The notes: generated by a model not told the origin, from the sequence alone. Positions 1-12,946 are shown, counted from the stretch's first letter. The stretch is 64,000 bases of DNA from Nemertoderma westbladi (GCA_032718475.1 JAUCBJ010002880.1:1-64000), one strand, 5' to 3'. Numbers and translations are program-made.

Positions 1-1958
1 GCTATGGTTGGTTGATGCAACGACGCGAACCAATACTGACGGGAGGTAACAGCTGTAGGAGTAAGGAGGGCATCGCGAGGTTAGGCTACGCGTAGGTGAT
101 ACGCAGCGATTGGTTGAAGGTAAGAATACTGTTGGTGACAGATGGTCATTAAACACCACAATTTAGCACCGGAATTTGGCATTTTTAATAGCCCTCTGAG
201 ATCTGGCCCGTAGCCCAGGCTAGGGAGGAGTTAGCCGAGGGCTATGCTTCTCCTACTACTTCTGTAACAACTAAACTGTACCCGAAATTCCATCGGAAAC
301 CATAAGGACTGCGATTCTCTCGTTGAACAAAAATAAGTCGCCAGACTCTGCATCACTAGTAGTGGAGCACCTACTAGCTCTTAATCCAACTCTTGTTGTA
401 GGGGTTCTCCACAATATCTTTAGAACATCGTTGCGCCTAGGTCATTGTCCCCAACTTCTTGAGGAGACGATAATTACATGTCTATAAGGGTCACAGCAAA
501 AATATATTTCATCCATCCTCATATCGTCAGGTGTCTACGGTCAATATTATTGCAAAGATCTTGGAAGCGATTTGCCTCTCAGAATTTCTTCGGAGTGTCA
601 TAAAACCGCATGAGCTGTCGATGGCGTACCAGAAAGGCATTGGGTGTGACACTTCTATCAGTCTAGCATATGAGATTATATACCACTTTAACAGTAGCCG
701 AGCTCCAGTGTACTTGTGCCAGACAGATATTGACTCAGCATTCGACACAGTTGACTTCAGAGTTCTGTTTGAGAAATTATCCAGTGTTATAAATCTATCA
801 GTGTGTAGACTCCTTCTGCAGTATTACCTCAGTGCCAGTGGCCGTTTCTTTTTCAAATTTGGTGAGGAGGTTGACATCAATAGCTTCACTCCAAGAAATG
901 GAGTTAAGCAAGGATCTATCCTTTCACCGATCCTGTTTAATTTTTATATTTCTGATGCAATTGAGACTGTTAAGAATTCTGGACTGGGGTGTAGAATTAT
1001 TATGAATCGCAGTGTCTCCATCCTTAACTATGCCGACGATATCATTTTATTTGCTGAATGCGGTGGGGACATCGATAAAATGATGGAACTTCTGGATTCC
1101 GAGCTAAAGAAAATTGGACTTTCTATCTCCATAAGTAAAACTGCGGAATGCATTGCCAGGCTATGGAATGCTGACGCTGTGCCTGGTATCCTTTATGGCC
1201 TAGAATTTAATTTTGGAATGCTTTCAGATACTGAAGTGGAATCGCTGAATGGACAGTTTCGTAAAATCATGCGTGGTCTCATGTACTGTAATAATCGTGT
1301 GTCAAACTCAGCTCTATGCTTGCTGTATGGTGCATCTTCACTTAGTAATCTTGTGTCAGAACGCTCAATTGGATTGATTAGACGGATATCTCGATGTCCA
1401 AATGAGTCACTCCAGCAGAATCTGCGGTACTTGTTGATGACGAATTAACTTGCGTCAAATAACGTGAAGATGGGGCTGAGTCACACATACGAGATTGCTA
1501 GACAGACATCAGGCCTTCCATCCATGTTTAATAGGCTAAACTAAACCTACTCCAATGAGGAACTGAGGTCACGGATGGATGAAGGTGCAGCAACTACTGC
1601 AGACTTTGGTAGCTACAACTTTCTGAGAGCCTGTTATGCTACAAATGGTTTAACCTTCGCTAACAAAGTAAGCCTGGTTGGTCCACAACTACTTGCAATT
1701 TTAGGTGGAAGCTTTAATGTCTCATTGCAATAAATATCGATTGATTTATATTTGTACTGATATATTTAATGATGATTGTTAATAATGTTGGTATGTGTCT
1801 AATGTTATCCTATAACAATACTGTACTATACTTTTATCACGATCCATGATTTTATTATGCTGTTTTGTTATGCATTAATAATAACTGTGTTAGTGAAGTC
1901 TAATTAAATGCCGGCTGGTCCGGATGATGGCGCCAATAAGCGCATCAATCAATCAATC
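1..1958 (+). mobile_element. Degenerate non-LTR (LINE) retrotransposon, RT domain plus 3' UTR, ending in an (ATCA)n tail
   Basis: ORF 531-1448 has RT motifs DIDSAFDTV, GVKQGSILSP and YADD. The upstream frame (~280-490) reads LNKNKSPD..., interrupted by a stop/frameshift. The 3' end is GCGCCAATAAGCGC followed by ATCAATCAATCAATC at ~1945-1958. Confidence 0.85.
531..1448 (+). pseudogene. Reverse transcriptase fragment (non-LTR type), disrupted
   Basis: YADD catalytic motif and QGSILSP motif. No true start codon, and the sequence after the RT core appears deleted. Confidence 0.8.
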
Positions 1959-3112
1959 ATATATGATACACTGCATCTAGGAACTGCGTATCATATATGA
2001 TACACTGCGCCTAGGAACTGCGTATCTTATATGATACACTGCGTCTAGGAACCGCGACACTGCGTCTAGGAACTGCGTATCATATATGATACACTGCGTC
2101 TAGGAACTGCGTATTATATATGATACACTGCGCCTAGGAACTGCGTATCATATATGATACACTGCGTCTAGGAACTGCGTATCTTATATGATACACTGCG
2201 TCTAGGAACCGCGACACTGCGTCTAGGAACTGCGTATCATATATGATACACTGCGTCTAGGAACTGCGTATCATATATGATACACTGCGTCTAGGAACTG
2301 TGTATCATATATGATACAATGCGTCTAGGAACCGCGACACTGCGTCTAGGAACTGCGTATCATATATAATAATAATATAATATATATGTATTTATATAGC
2401 GCCTATACAAATTTGATCTAAGCGCAATTATAGTGACAATATACAGACAATTAGACACAAGACAATTAGTAAAACAATTCAATCAATAAAAACTACACAT
2501 AAACAATATTTAGACACTAGTAAAACAAACCGTTATCAAAATAAAACATCAAATAAAACCAAATAAATGCAATGTATGTTAGCGTATATCTATAAAACGA
2601 TAGAAGTGGTGTTTGAGTTAATATAATTTAAAAATAATAAAATCAATGTAATTAAGTTAAGAGATATATGATACACTGCGTCTAGGAACCGCGACACTGC
2701 GTCTAGGAACTGCGTGTCATATATGATACACTGCGTCTAGGAACCGCGACACTGCGTCTAGGAACTGCGTATCCTATATGATACACTGCGTCTAGGAACT
2801 GCGTATCATATATGATACACTGCGTCTAGGAACTGCGTATCATATATGATACACTGCGTCTAGGAACCGCGACACTGCGTCTAGGAACTGCGTATCATAT
2901 ATGATACACTGCGTCTAGGAACTGCGTATCATATATGATACACTGCGTCTAGGAACCGCGACAGCGTCTAGGAACTGCGTATCATATATGATACACTGCG
3001 TCTAGGAACCGCGACACTGCGTCTAGGAACTGCGTATCCTATATGATACACCGTCTAGGAACTGCGTATCATATATGATACACTGCGTCTAGGACCCGCG
3101 TATCATATATGA
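1955..3112. repeat. Minisatellite, 34-bp unit ATATGATACACTGCGTCTAGGAACTGCGTATCAT with a 21-bp deletion variant
   Basis: Tandem repeats seen directly. Each junction forms the perfect 16-bp palindrome GTATCATATATGATAC. The array is interrupted at ~2367-2663. Confidence 0.95.
2367..2663 (-). mobile_element. 5'-truncated retroposon 3' end (L2/CR1-like tail) inserted into the minisatellite
   Basis: The plus strand reads AATAATAAT...TTTATATAGCGC...AAGCGC, which is the reverse complement of a typical GCGCTT..GCGCTATATAAAT..(ATT)n LINE/SINE 3' end. ATATAT flanks both sides. Confidence 0.55.
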
Positions 3113-4163
3113 TATTGACTGCGGCTCTGCCTCCTGGAACCCTGTTGTCTGTTGCACTTCCCCCTGGGACCCCGTTGACTGCGGCTCTGTCCCCTGGGAC
3201 CCCGTTGACTGTGGCTCTGCCCCCTGGGACCCCGTTGTCTGTTGCACTTTCCCATGGGACCCTGTTGACTGCGGCTCTGCCTCCTGGGAACCCGTTGTCT
3301 GTTGCACTTCCCCCTGGAACCCCGTTGACTGCGGCTCTTCCCCCTGGGACCCCATTGACTGCGGCTCTGCCTCCTGGGACACCGTTGACTGCGGCTCCGC
3401 CTCCTGGGACCCCGTTGTCTGTTGCACTTCCCCCTGGGACCCCGTTGACTGCGGCTCTGCATCCTGGGACCCCGTTGACTGCAGCTCTCCCCCCTGGGAC
3501 CCCGTCGTCTGCTACACTTCCCCCTGGGATCCCGTTGACTGCGGCTCTGCCTCCTGGGACCCCGTTGTCTGCTGCACTTCCCCCTGGACCCCGTTGACTG
3601 CTGTACTGCCTCCTGGGAGCCCGTTGTCTGCTGCACTTCCCCCTGGGACCCCGTTGTCTGCTGCACTTCCCCCTGGGACCCCGCTGTCTGCTACACTCCC
3701 CCCTTGGACCCCGTTGTCTGCTGCACTTCCCCCTGGACCCCGTTGACTGCTGTGCTGCCTCCTGGGAGCCCGTTGTCTGCTGCACTTCCCCCTGGACCCC
3801 GTTGACTGCTGTGCTGCCTCCTGGGAGCCCGTTGTCTGCTGCACTTCCCCCTGGGACCCCGTTGTCTGCTGCACTTCCCCCTGGGACCCCGTTGTCTGCT
3901 ACACTCCCCCCTGGGACCCCGTTGTCTGCTACACTTCCCCCTGGGATCCCGTTGACTGCGGCTCTGCCTCCTGGGACCCCGTTGTCTGCTGCACTTCCCC
4001 CTGGACCCCGTTGACTGCTGTGCTGCCTCCTGGGAGCCCGTTGTCTGCTGCACTTCCCCCTGGGACCCCGTTGTCTGCTGCACTTCCCCCTGGGACCCCG
4101 TTGTCTGCTACACTCCCCCCTGGGACCCCGTTGTCTGCTGCACTTCCCCCTGGGACCCCGTTG
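3113..4163. repeat. GC-rich 30-bp minisatellite (CCCCGTTGWCTGCKGCWCTKCCYCCTGGGA), two interspersed subtypes
   Basis: Seen directly. 29-bp variants shift the reading frame, which explains the many overlapping repetitive ORFs. Confidence 0.95.
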
Positions 4164-4610
4164 TATTTATCATTGGTTAAAGCAGCAAACAAGTTTAGTA
4201 AACTATGTATGCGTTACATAGTTAAAGTTTGCTAAAAATAATTTTACTGTGTCGTAAAATTGAGCCGGTAGCGCAGTAGCAATTAGCAACGTTAATTCGT
4301 AACTATTTAAACATTACATAATTAATTTACTATTAAAGTAAATTTCTTACTTATTCTATCAGCAAAGTAATGTCATTTTAACTATAAATAGTAAAACAAA
4401 TTGTTGGGAACATGAGAGTTTGTCCCCTGTATCGGTTATTAGACTCAAATGGATCCATGGATTCCCAATGCGAATAATCGTATACGCAATACGAATAATC
4501 CTGTACATTCTGGGTGTTCAGAACAAAATAAAGTAATCCACGAATTATTAAATCGGCTCGCCCAATTAAGTTTTCATTGTAAAAATAATATCAATAAAAA
4601 AGTAGCAGTT

Positions 4611-4878
4611 TAAAGCGCTGTCCAAGATAAAGCGCTGTCCAAGATAAAGCGCTGTCCAAGATAAAGCGCTGTCCAAGATAAAGCGCTGTCCAAGATAAAC
4701 CGCTGTCCAAGATAAAGCGCTGTCCAAGATAAAGCGCTGTCCAAGATAAAGCGCTGTCCAAGATAAAGCGCTGTCCAAGATAAAGCGCTGTCCAAGATAA
4801 AGCGCTGTCCAAGATAAAGCGCTGTCCAAGATAAAGCTGTCCAAGATAAAGCTGTCCAAGATAAAGCGCTGTCCAAGA
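4611..4878. repeat. 17-bp minisatellite AAGATAAAGCGCTGTCC (~16 copies)
   Basis: Seen directly, with two 15-bp variants near the end. Confidence 0.95.
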
Positions 4879-5483
4879 AAACAAATAAATAATTAGATTG
4901 AATTATTTTAATCAAAATACAAATCATCTCCAATCTTTATCCGCATCTAAACATTAAACAACAACAATTATAAACTGAGATAAAATAGAATTGAGCCGCA
5001 ATAACCCAAGTAAAGCTACAACATTATACTTACATTATGTACACATGTAATACGGATATTACAGCAATTAACAAAAATAACTTTATAGATAGAATTACAT
5101 ATCGATTTCGACGGGGGGTAAATGCAGCCAATTACCTGAAAAACGTGTTAGTAAAGAATTTGTAGTTCGCGGTACAAGCGAGTTATTTATTGTACGGAAA
5201 ATAAATTAACTGTTTAGTGTTTATTACAAAAATTAAAAATTAGTAACTAAACCAGTCACGATACCCGCACTTTAGTTTAAACCGTAAAACCACCAATAGC
5301 TTATTAGTAGATTTAAAATATTAAACTGGTAACTTTAACTTTCTTTTATACTTTTACTTAAAGGCTAAGAAACCCGCAGCGAACAAAGTAATGTCACAAA
5401 ATGTGACAACGTGTGGTTTATTATCAACCCTTAAAAACAATAGACATACGTAAATAGATACACGAAGTGGGGACTTCGCGCAG

Positions 5484-5954
5484 CACGAAGTTGGCAGAGC
5501 CTTAGCGAATTGACACTGTTAGGGGGTAGGTCAATTTATGCAAATAGTCACGTTGGCCCTCTAGCGGCAGACTGGAGAACTGCAGATGGATTCGCCTCCT
5601 TTGAAAGTCACAGCTAATGGTCTAATACATATCTGCCAAGTTTCAGCTTAAACGGATTAAAAGCAAAGAAATGGGAGGGCATTTAATGTTTAGACATGTG
5701 GCCCTCTAGCGGGAGACCATTGCACTGATGGTGTCTGAAAGTCTCTCAAAAATCTCAACTTTTGCTCATATTGATACCTACAAATTTTCAACTTGGCAGC
5801 TTTAAATCCGACAAAGTTATTAGCATGTCAAAATCGTAACGACGACGACGACGACAACGACAACGACGACGACAACGACGACGACGACAACTATTTGCAT
5901 AAATTGACCCACCCCCTAACAGTGTCAATTCGCTAAGGCTCCGCCAACTTCGTG
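5484..5954. mobile_element. Non-autonomous element (MITE/Helentron-like) with ~65-bp inverted repeats and an internal (ACG)n microsatellite
   Basis: 5484-5548 (CACGAAGTTGGCAGAGCCTTAGCGAATTGACACTGTTAGGGGG...) is the near-perfect reverse complement of 5890-5954. (ACG/ACA)n lies at ~5839-5890. Confidence 0.75.
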
Positions 5955-6027
5955 GCTCGCCCCGCAACAATGCAGCAATGCTAAATATTATACATAGATA
6001 GATATTATATAAGAAAGGTTGAATAGC

Positions 6028-6190
6028 AAACTAAAGGTGGAATATATATGGACTAAAGGTGGAATATTATACCAAGAGAATATGTTTGAAATAAAAGGTG
6101 GAATATATATGGACTAAAGGTGGAAGATTATACCAAGAGAATATGTTTGAAATAAAAGTTGGAATATATATGGACTAAAGGTGGAATATG
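6028..6190. repeat. ~63-bp tandem repeat (2.5 copies) built from AAAGGTGGAATAT subunits
   Basis: Seen directly. Confidence 0.8.
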
Positions 6191-6556
6191 TCAAACTATA
6201 TATAATATGTGTCTGTATATTTGTGTCAATGAAAACAAAAGTGGCATTTTACTAAGGGCGTAATAGTAGTTTCACTAGTCTTGAATTAGTGATAAAGAAC
6301 ACGATTTTTTTAACAATGGATTGAAAGTTATTGAACATTAATTGTCAATCTAAACATATAAACAAAACATACAACTTAAATAGTTATTTAATATTATTTA
6401 GTGGTGAATAAGAATGGAAATCTTACTTAACTTGTTTTTACAGATGTTCCAATAATTTTGTGTATTGTGATGAATCACTATTATTATAATAATCGTTGGA
6501 ATATCTCACTGGCTATATCGATCTAGGTGTTAATGTTTATGATTACAAAATGATTA

Positions 6557-7690
6557 TCACAAGTTACGATTCTTTGATATACTAAACACAGAAATATTAA
6601 GGTAGTATGAGATCTGTAAACAAACCATTGTGCAGAAGTATACGAGATCTACTGTGCACCAAATGAGTGCGCAATAGAGAACAATGTACTCTGGGAATAC
6701 ACAATTAAAATACTGATTTAGAAATAGCATGGCTGGGCCAACATGCATGGAATCCAGGAAATTTAAAGGACTCTTACACATATGACCAATCACGATTTTA
6801 TTTGTCACTTTAGAGAAACACATTCCAAACGTTAAAAGATAAACGCAGGTGTGGTCAGTGAATATCATACTAGGGCTCTTTTTGAATATTATTAATGCCA
6901 GGAGTAGAATCACACCTATGTGCATTGCTGGTGATATAACACTAGTGCCAGCTACTGTGGAGCCATTCTTACCAGATCCACCTTCAAATATAATAGACAT
7001 GTTAACGGCAGACGCAATTACCATGTTAACAATGGAAAATAACATAATGATGACTCGAAACTCCAGTCCTATGTATGGTACAATCCATCCCCATATACCG
7101 GGACCTACAATTCCACCAACTAAACACAATAAAATGCAACTCAACTGAGACTCAGTAACGTCAATGAACCCAAAGCGTAGAGCCCCTGTGACGTAGGTTT
7201 CCCAATGAGCGTTGTAGAACAAGAACGCACCGCCAAATATAAAGATAAACAGAAGGTCTGGGTAATCTCCCATCTGCAAACATATAGCGATGTCCAGAGA
7301 TATGACGACCATGCTGAAGGAATCGCATCCGTGATCGAAAAGTTCTCCAAGGGGGGAGCTGGAGCCAGTTCGTCTAGCTTGTTTCCCATCGATCGCGTCC
7401 AACGCTTGGTAAATAAATAAACCCAGTCCAGCTGCGACGAGCACTAGACGTGGTGGTTCTTCGGTGATAGTTGGGCAGGCCACGACAAGAAACATACAGG
7501 GTATCACATTGAAAGCTAAACCAACCAGTGTGATAGCATTCGGGGCCCACCATAACGGGACCTGTTCGACCAGCCACCGCCAAAATATTTGCAACAAGGG
7601 TTCGATAACGGAAACACCCTTTGAGCTGTATTTATGGGATCGCAGAGACTTCAACTGGGACTTCCCAAGGTATTCCGAATACAACGTCAT
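6557..7690 (-). CDS. CEPT1: Choline/ethanolamine phosphotransferase (CEPT1/CHPT1 family), 377 aa, single coding exon
   Basis: CDP-alcohol phosphotransferase motif DAIDGKQARRTGSSSPLGELFDHGCD. N-terminal HKYSS..S..EP.LQ.FW.WLV..VP.W.APN.IT. Also WETYVTG.LRFG.IDVTE and GKNGSTVAGTSVISP. Multiple transmembrane segments; intact from ATG to TGA. Confidence 0.95.
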   Translation of the reverse strand: MTLYSEYLGKSQLKSLRSHKYSSKGVSVIEPLLQIFWRWLVEQVPLWWAPNAITLVGLAFNVIPCMFLVVACPTITEEPPRLVLVAAGLGLFIYQALDAIDGKQARRTGSSSPLGELFDHGCDSFSMVVISLDIAICLQMGDYPDLLFIFIFGGAFLFYNAHWETYVTGALRFGFIDVTESQLSCILLCLVGGIVGPGIWGWIVPYIGLEFRVIIMLFSIVNMVIASAVNMSIIFEGGSGKNGSTVAGTSVISPAMHIGVILLLALIIFKKSPSMIFTDHTCVYLLTFGMCFSKVTNKIVIGHMCKSPLNFLDSMHVGPAMLFLNQYFNCVFPEYIVLYCALIWCTVDLVYFCTMVCLQISYYLNISVFSISKNRNL

Positions 7691-8289
7691 GATGATACAG
7701 GTAGGCCTAGTTGTATTAGAGGGTACAACTGCACAATACGTTCTGACGTTAGAACAAGGTTTACTGGTTTATGTTACGGCAGAACGGTATCAGGGTATGT
7801 AATACCACCTACTGCAGTACTGGTGTACTGACCTAGCTAGGACTTGTGAACGCGAAATACAGCAGAAAGTCCAGAGCTCTGAAGTCTGGTACCGGTACTA
7901 CTGTACTATTACTACAGTACTATATCAGTATATTAAATTACTGTAGTTTATAATTATAGGTCCTGGATGGTCTGGCTGCCTGAGGTCTGTAGTTCCTGTA
8001 GTTAATTTTTAGGCCTACCACTCCACTACTGCATTAAAGGTACAGCACTATCAATCCATAATTTGCCAATTTAAGGGAATTAACAGATTAAGCAATGTCA
8101 GAATGTGGTAATATTGCTCTTGCTGTCTTGCTTAGGGAAATTCGATTATTGTTTTGCTTAGAAAAGTCCACCAACTATCTGACAGCTGCATGTAACCTGT
8201 TCCTTTCCCCTAATTTGTACCCATATGACAGTATGATGGGAAAAAAGTCATGCACATACAGTAAACTAAAAATAGGCTACCAAAGTAAT

Positions 8290-8780
8290 CCCAAAATTGA
8301 TGAAAATTTCACCAAAAAAAATTATTTTATACCAAATTAAATAATGTGACCCCAATAAAATTATTCAACACCAAATAAAATTAAGTCACCCCAAATAAAA
8401 TTATTCAAACACCAAAATAAAATTTTCAAAACCAAAAAAATGATTCAACACCAAAACCAATTATTAAATACCAAAGTAAATAAATGCTCCCCAAAACCAA
8501 TTATTAGCACCAAAATAAATGACAAAACCCCCAAAATAATTACAAATTTTCCCTAAACAGATAGATACATTTTCCCCCAAAACAAATACATTTTAGACCA
8601 AAATAAATACATTTTAGACCAAAATAAATACATTTTCCCCCAAAACAAATACATTTTCCCCCAAAACAAATTCATTTTAGCCCAAAATAAATACATTTTC
8701 CCCCAAAACAAATACATTTTAGCCTAAAACAAATACATTTTCGCACAAAATAAATACATTTTCCCCCAAAACAAATACTA
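8290..8780. repeat. Degenerate ~20-22-bp tandem array (CCCCAAAACAAATACATTTT / CACCAAAATAAAATTATT)
   Basis: Seen directly. An inverted counterpart lies at ~11865-12200. Confidence 0.8.
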
Positions 8781-9734
8781 TAACTACTGCAGCAATAGGC
8801 CTTGCACTTCCTGGAAGTTAGACAAAAACTTCAGTACTGCCGTAATAGGGCAATTCCATCGTTACGGACTCACATTCATACACAATTTTCGAAATTAATT
8901 GGCATATTTAATTAACAACTTTACAATATAAATAACAATTAGCTATGGTGGCTCATGGATTAATGGTACATCTTTACTTTGACTTATAAAAAAGTGTTGC
9001 ATCTCATTTGATTCGTAGTATATTGTAAATATAGTACCCGTTACGGACTCACATGCAAATGGACAAAGAAAAATTGCCCAATTTTCTTTTGACAAATTTT
9101 CTTGAAATGTTTAACGCCATACGTAATAACTTTCACAATGTGAAGTAGATACATCAAATTTTGTAAATTTGTAAGTTAATAGCAGAAACATATGGTGGTA
9201 AACCTCATTTATAGAGAAATTGTTCGTTACGGACTCACAGAAAAAAATGTTACGGACTCACACTTGAAATCGTTATGCGCTCGTTATACAGTATTGTTTA
9301 GAAAAAAAGAGCAACGACCAATGAATGTTTATGGTGTATATTCAATAAATATCTTTATTACTTATATACCTTTCACAATGTACCTTAAGGGGGGGGGGGG
9401 GGGGGGGTTCACCCCCAGTCTTTTTTTTCATCATATTTTTTTTGAATGTGTTTTCCGATGTGAAATTTTATGGTAATTCCGAATCTGAAATCAGTTTTTC
9501 GATAAGGTATTTTGTTCTCGAGTTATGGCAACTTTTGTAATTTTCACCCAAAATTTCAAATTTTTAAATTTTGGTGCAGCATCACATTTGACACCAAAAA
9601 TTACCATCAAACACCCATAAATGTGCAAATATTTTGCCATTTTCGGAATCAGCGCCTAAAATTAGCCTATAGGTATCAAAACCACGAAAGTAGATTATAT
9701 TTGAAAAATTTGAAAAAATTTTCACTTTTGGAGC

Positions 9735-10193
9735 ATGTTTGGTCAGTTGTTATCAGGATGAAATTTAAATGTCATTTTTCTCGCATTGGCTTTTTTTGGG
9801 ACACTTTTTCTATCTACTTTTTAACTACTCAACGGATTTTCGTTCTGTTTGCAGAATTATGTAGAGGAATATTCGCCGCAAAAATTGAATAGACAGAATT
9901 TTGAAATTTTTTTTCAAAAAAAGTTATGGCATTTTTTGTGCAAAAAATCGCTAAATTTTGGATTTTTTAGATTTTTCGGTATTTTTAAACGAAAAATGCT
10001 ATAACTTTTTTTTAAAGCAAAATTTCAAAATTCTGTCTATTCAATTTTTGCGGCGAATATTCCTCTACATAATTCTGCAAACAGAACGAAAATCCGTTCA
10101 GTAGTTAAAAAGTAGATAGAGAAAGTGTCCCAAAAAAGCCAATGCGAGAAAAATGACATTTAAATTTCATCCTGATAACAACTGACCAAACAT
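9735..10193. repeat. ~200-bp near-perfect inverted repeat (foldback), part of a nested element starting TTAA-GGGG at ~9385
   Basis: 9735-~9940 is the reverse complement of ~9990-10193. Confidence 0.9.
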
Positions 10194-10465
10194 TATTAGA
10201 TAGATATATATTTAGTAGTGTTCATGAAGATATAAGGTACATCATATCTATGAGATTGAGTAGGCATATTTGGTGTGTGTACTGTATAGTAGTGTATATT
10301 TAATATCCTATAAGTTCATATGACCATAATTTGTTAAAATGACCAATATCTAGTTCTTTAACAACATAAATACCACGTTCACCGAAAATATTTTATACTG
10401 GAAAATACATTTTGAACAGTATTTCGTTGTATTTATGATTTAACTATCACTGTACTTAAGTTATT

Positions 10466-10700
10466 CCACCTTGGCGTAGTTGGTTAAATCGGTGGCATTG
10501 AAATTACATCTCTCCTTGGGTCGTGGGTTCGATCCCATCATGGGGGCTAGGGTAGTTATCGTTTCGGCACGAATACTTTAAAGACAATAAAGAGACTTAT
10601 TAGGCAGGGCGCATCTCTTCCTTCCGTAAATGGTAGCTAAATGAGAACTGGAGTTTCCTCTGAGGAATATAGGTCTGGGGGGACCGCACTGGAAATAATT
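10466..10700 (+). mobile_element. tRNA-derived SINE
   Basis: Pol III A box TGGCGTAGTTGG (10472-10483) and B box GGTTCGATCCC (10526-10536), followed by a non-tRNA body. No clean cloverleaf. The 3' end is uncertain. Confidence 0.6.
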
Positions 10701-11864
10701 ATTAAGTCTTTGTGCGTATTCCCTGACCTAACGGACAATTTTTTTGTATCACAATCCATCATTCGTCACTCGTTTCATGAAATCTTGGCGAACTTCAAGG
10801 CTATCTATCATTCTATACCACCTTGGTCAGTAATTTCTGTCATCCGTGATATATGCCGTTTGGCCCTTTCGGCACCAGAAATGTGAGTATTAGACGTAAG
10901 AGACAGGATTAAACGGGCGCAATGAAGAATGTCGTACATTAGGATGATGTATGAATGAATACGTTCGAATGTACTGTCGATGAACAATTGTCAGACTAAT
11001 AGGAACTGAATACTTTCAGTTTATATAGTGAATAATGTATACAAAGCAGAATGATTCTTACCTAACCTACCGCGTGGTGAGTCCGTAACGGAAAATTTGT
11101 GAGTCCGTAACGCTGTTCTTAAACGTTTCAGCTGCAATACAGAACATACTGTAGATACCTAATGGATGGTTTTGATTAGTTGTAAACCCAAAGGAAAATG
11201 ATTGTCAGTGCAATACACATGCGGGGTGTACTCCAAATTAAAATTTAAGTACTTTTCGTTACGGACTCACATAATTCTGTAGGCCAAATCTAAAATTTTT
11301 AAAACTTTGAATACACAATGCTACGCTGTCAATATTCAAATTTTTATCATCCATAGCTTCAAATGAATGTTGAATTTTCGGTTGGTGTAAATTACCTGTC
11401 TTATTCCGACAATTTCAATGGTAGTACTGTAAGATTATGTCAAAAATGACATGGATTAATTTCTACAAATTTGAAAATACGTAAAAAAATTTCCTCATAT
11501 TGAATGGTGAAAAACCAGTTGTTACCCTCAAGAATATTAAAAATCCGTCACTTTTATTAAAAAATTCATTCTTTCTCGTCATTTTGATACCAAAATTATG
11601 CTGATTACATGACTTTTTATTTTCGACATAAGTGTTACATCAATGGTGTAATTGCCCAATACTGAAACCTAATAACAGGAAAAGTAATAGATAGGCAATA
11701 GGCCTATAGGTACGAATACTGAAACTGAAGTACTGTAGGCCTAATACTGTAGGTACATCGGTACGAAACCTAATAACATAATACATTGTTCTGAAGGCAA
11801 TAGGCCTATCAGTACGAATACTGCATGCGCCCATGTGAAGAATACTAGGATTTACTATAACATA

Positions 11865-12200
11865 TTTGGTGCTGGAATAATTTTTTTTGGTTGACAAGGA
11901 ATTATTTTTGGGGGATGAATAATTGTTTTTGGGGGTAGAATAATTGTTTTTTTGGGGAATAATAATTGTTTTTGGGGGATGAATACCGGTAATTGTTTTT
12001 GGGGAATCAATAATAAATTGTATTTGGGGGACGAATTATTGTTTTTGGGGGATGAATAATTGTTTGTGGGGGATGAATAATTGTTTGGTTTTGGTGAGAG
12101 GGATATTTAATATTGGGGGATGTGAATTGGTGCTACAAAAAAATATATTTGTTGGAAAATAATTTATTTTAATGTTAAATCATCTAATTTGGGGTGGCAT
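11865..12200. repeat. Degenerate ~21-bp array TTTTTGGGGGATGAATAATTG (inverted relative to 8290-8540)
   Basis: Seen directly. Confidence 0.75.
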
Positions 12201-12946
12201 TCAATTAGTGGCGCTAAAAATATAACGACAAACTACAGAACTATGGTTGTTACTGTAGGGTTGATCTATCAGTCTATGCCTACTTAGAATATATAGACTA
12301 TACTGTAGGTGATAAGGATAGGATTTAAACACGATTTAACACGGTACCGGTAATAGTTTAAAATAATATGTAAGTTAATGATAGGTCATGAACCGAATGT
12401 AATTCCTGGTGATACAAACATACATTGGAGACTTCCTTAAATAACTACTGTAGGTCATTAGCCGTAAATAATGTACAGTAGTACGGCACTTACAGAACAA
12501 CTTTCCGATTTTTAGTCACTATAACTCCACTCTACCATTAATAAACACTTTTGAATTCTTTATTTTTTAACGTTATTCTTCCCCTCGCCAATTCCATTTA
12601 ACAGTAAAATACTTATTTTCATAACTTGTTTAATTTTTACTTCGATTTAACTTAATCTCTCTTTTCACCACTTTACTTACAGCTAACTCATCTCACACGT
12701 ATTTATTCATCGGGACCCTTATGGAAACCCGGTCTACCGCATAAGGATATGTTGTAAAAAAAATAAAATATTTGTATAAAATCAAATCTTTTAAAACCTA
12801 CAATAATATGTATTTCTTTTTTCTCTTGTTTTAACAGTGAACGGTTGTAAAACGTCTTAATAAACATAATTGGTGCAACTACTACTGTACAGTATAAATT
12901 TAATTTGAGCTTGATTTTTAATTAATTTGTTAATAATAATATCTTT

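Larger units (their letters stand above)
8848..11657. mobile_element. Non-autonomous DNA transposon, Sola2-like (GGG termini, 4-bp TSD AATA), with nested insertions
   Basis: Left end GGGCAATTCC at 8848 and right end TAATTGCCC at 11657. AATA lies at 8844-8847 and 11658-11661. The subterminal 14-mer CGTTACGGACTCAC occurs at ~8860, 9039, 9224, 9249 and 11257, and inverted at ~11077 and 11099. Confidence 0.7.

Noticed and set aside
3069-4235. Long repetitive ORFs (QQTTGSQ / NGVPGG / LPPGTP repeats) suggesting a collagen- or mucin-like gene
   Set aside because: They arise from a 30-bp minisatellite that is open in several frames on both strands. 29-bp units shift the frame, there is no Gly-X-Y periodicity, and there is no unique coding flank.
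4566-4933. Repetitive ORFs (LDSALSWTALYLGQRF)
   Set aside because: Translation of a 17-bp minisatellite.
10466-10545. Functional tRNA gene
   Set aside because: A and B boxes are present, but the acceptor and anticodon stems are poor and there is no adjacent oligo-T terminator. It fits a SINE head.
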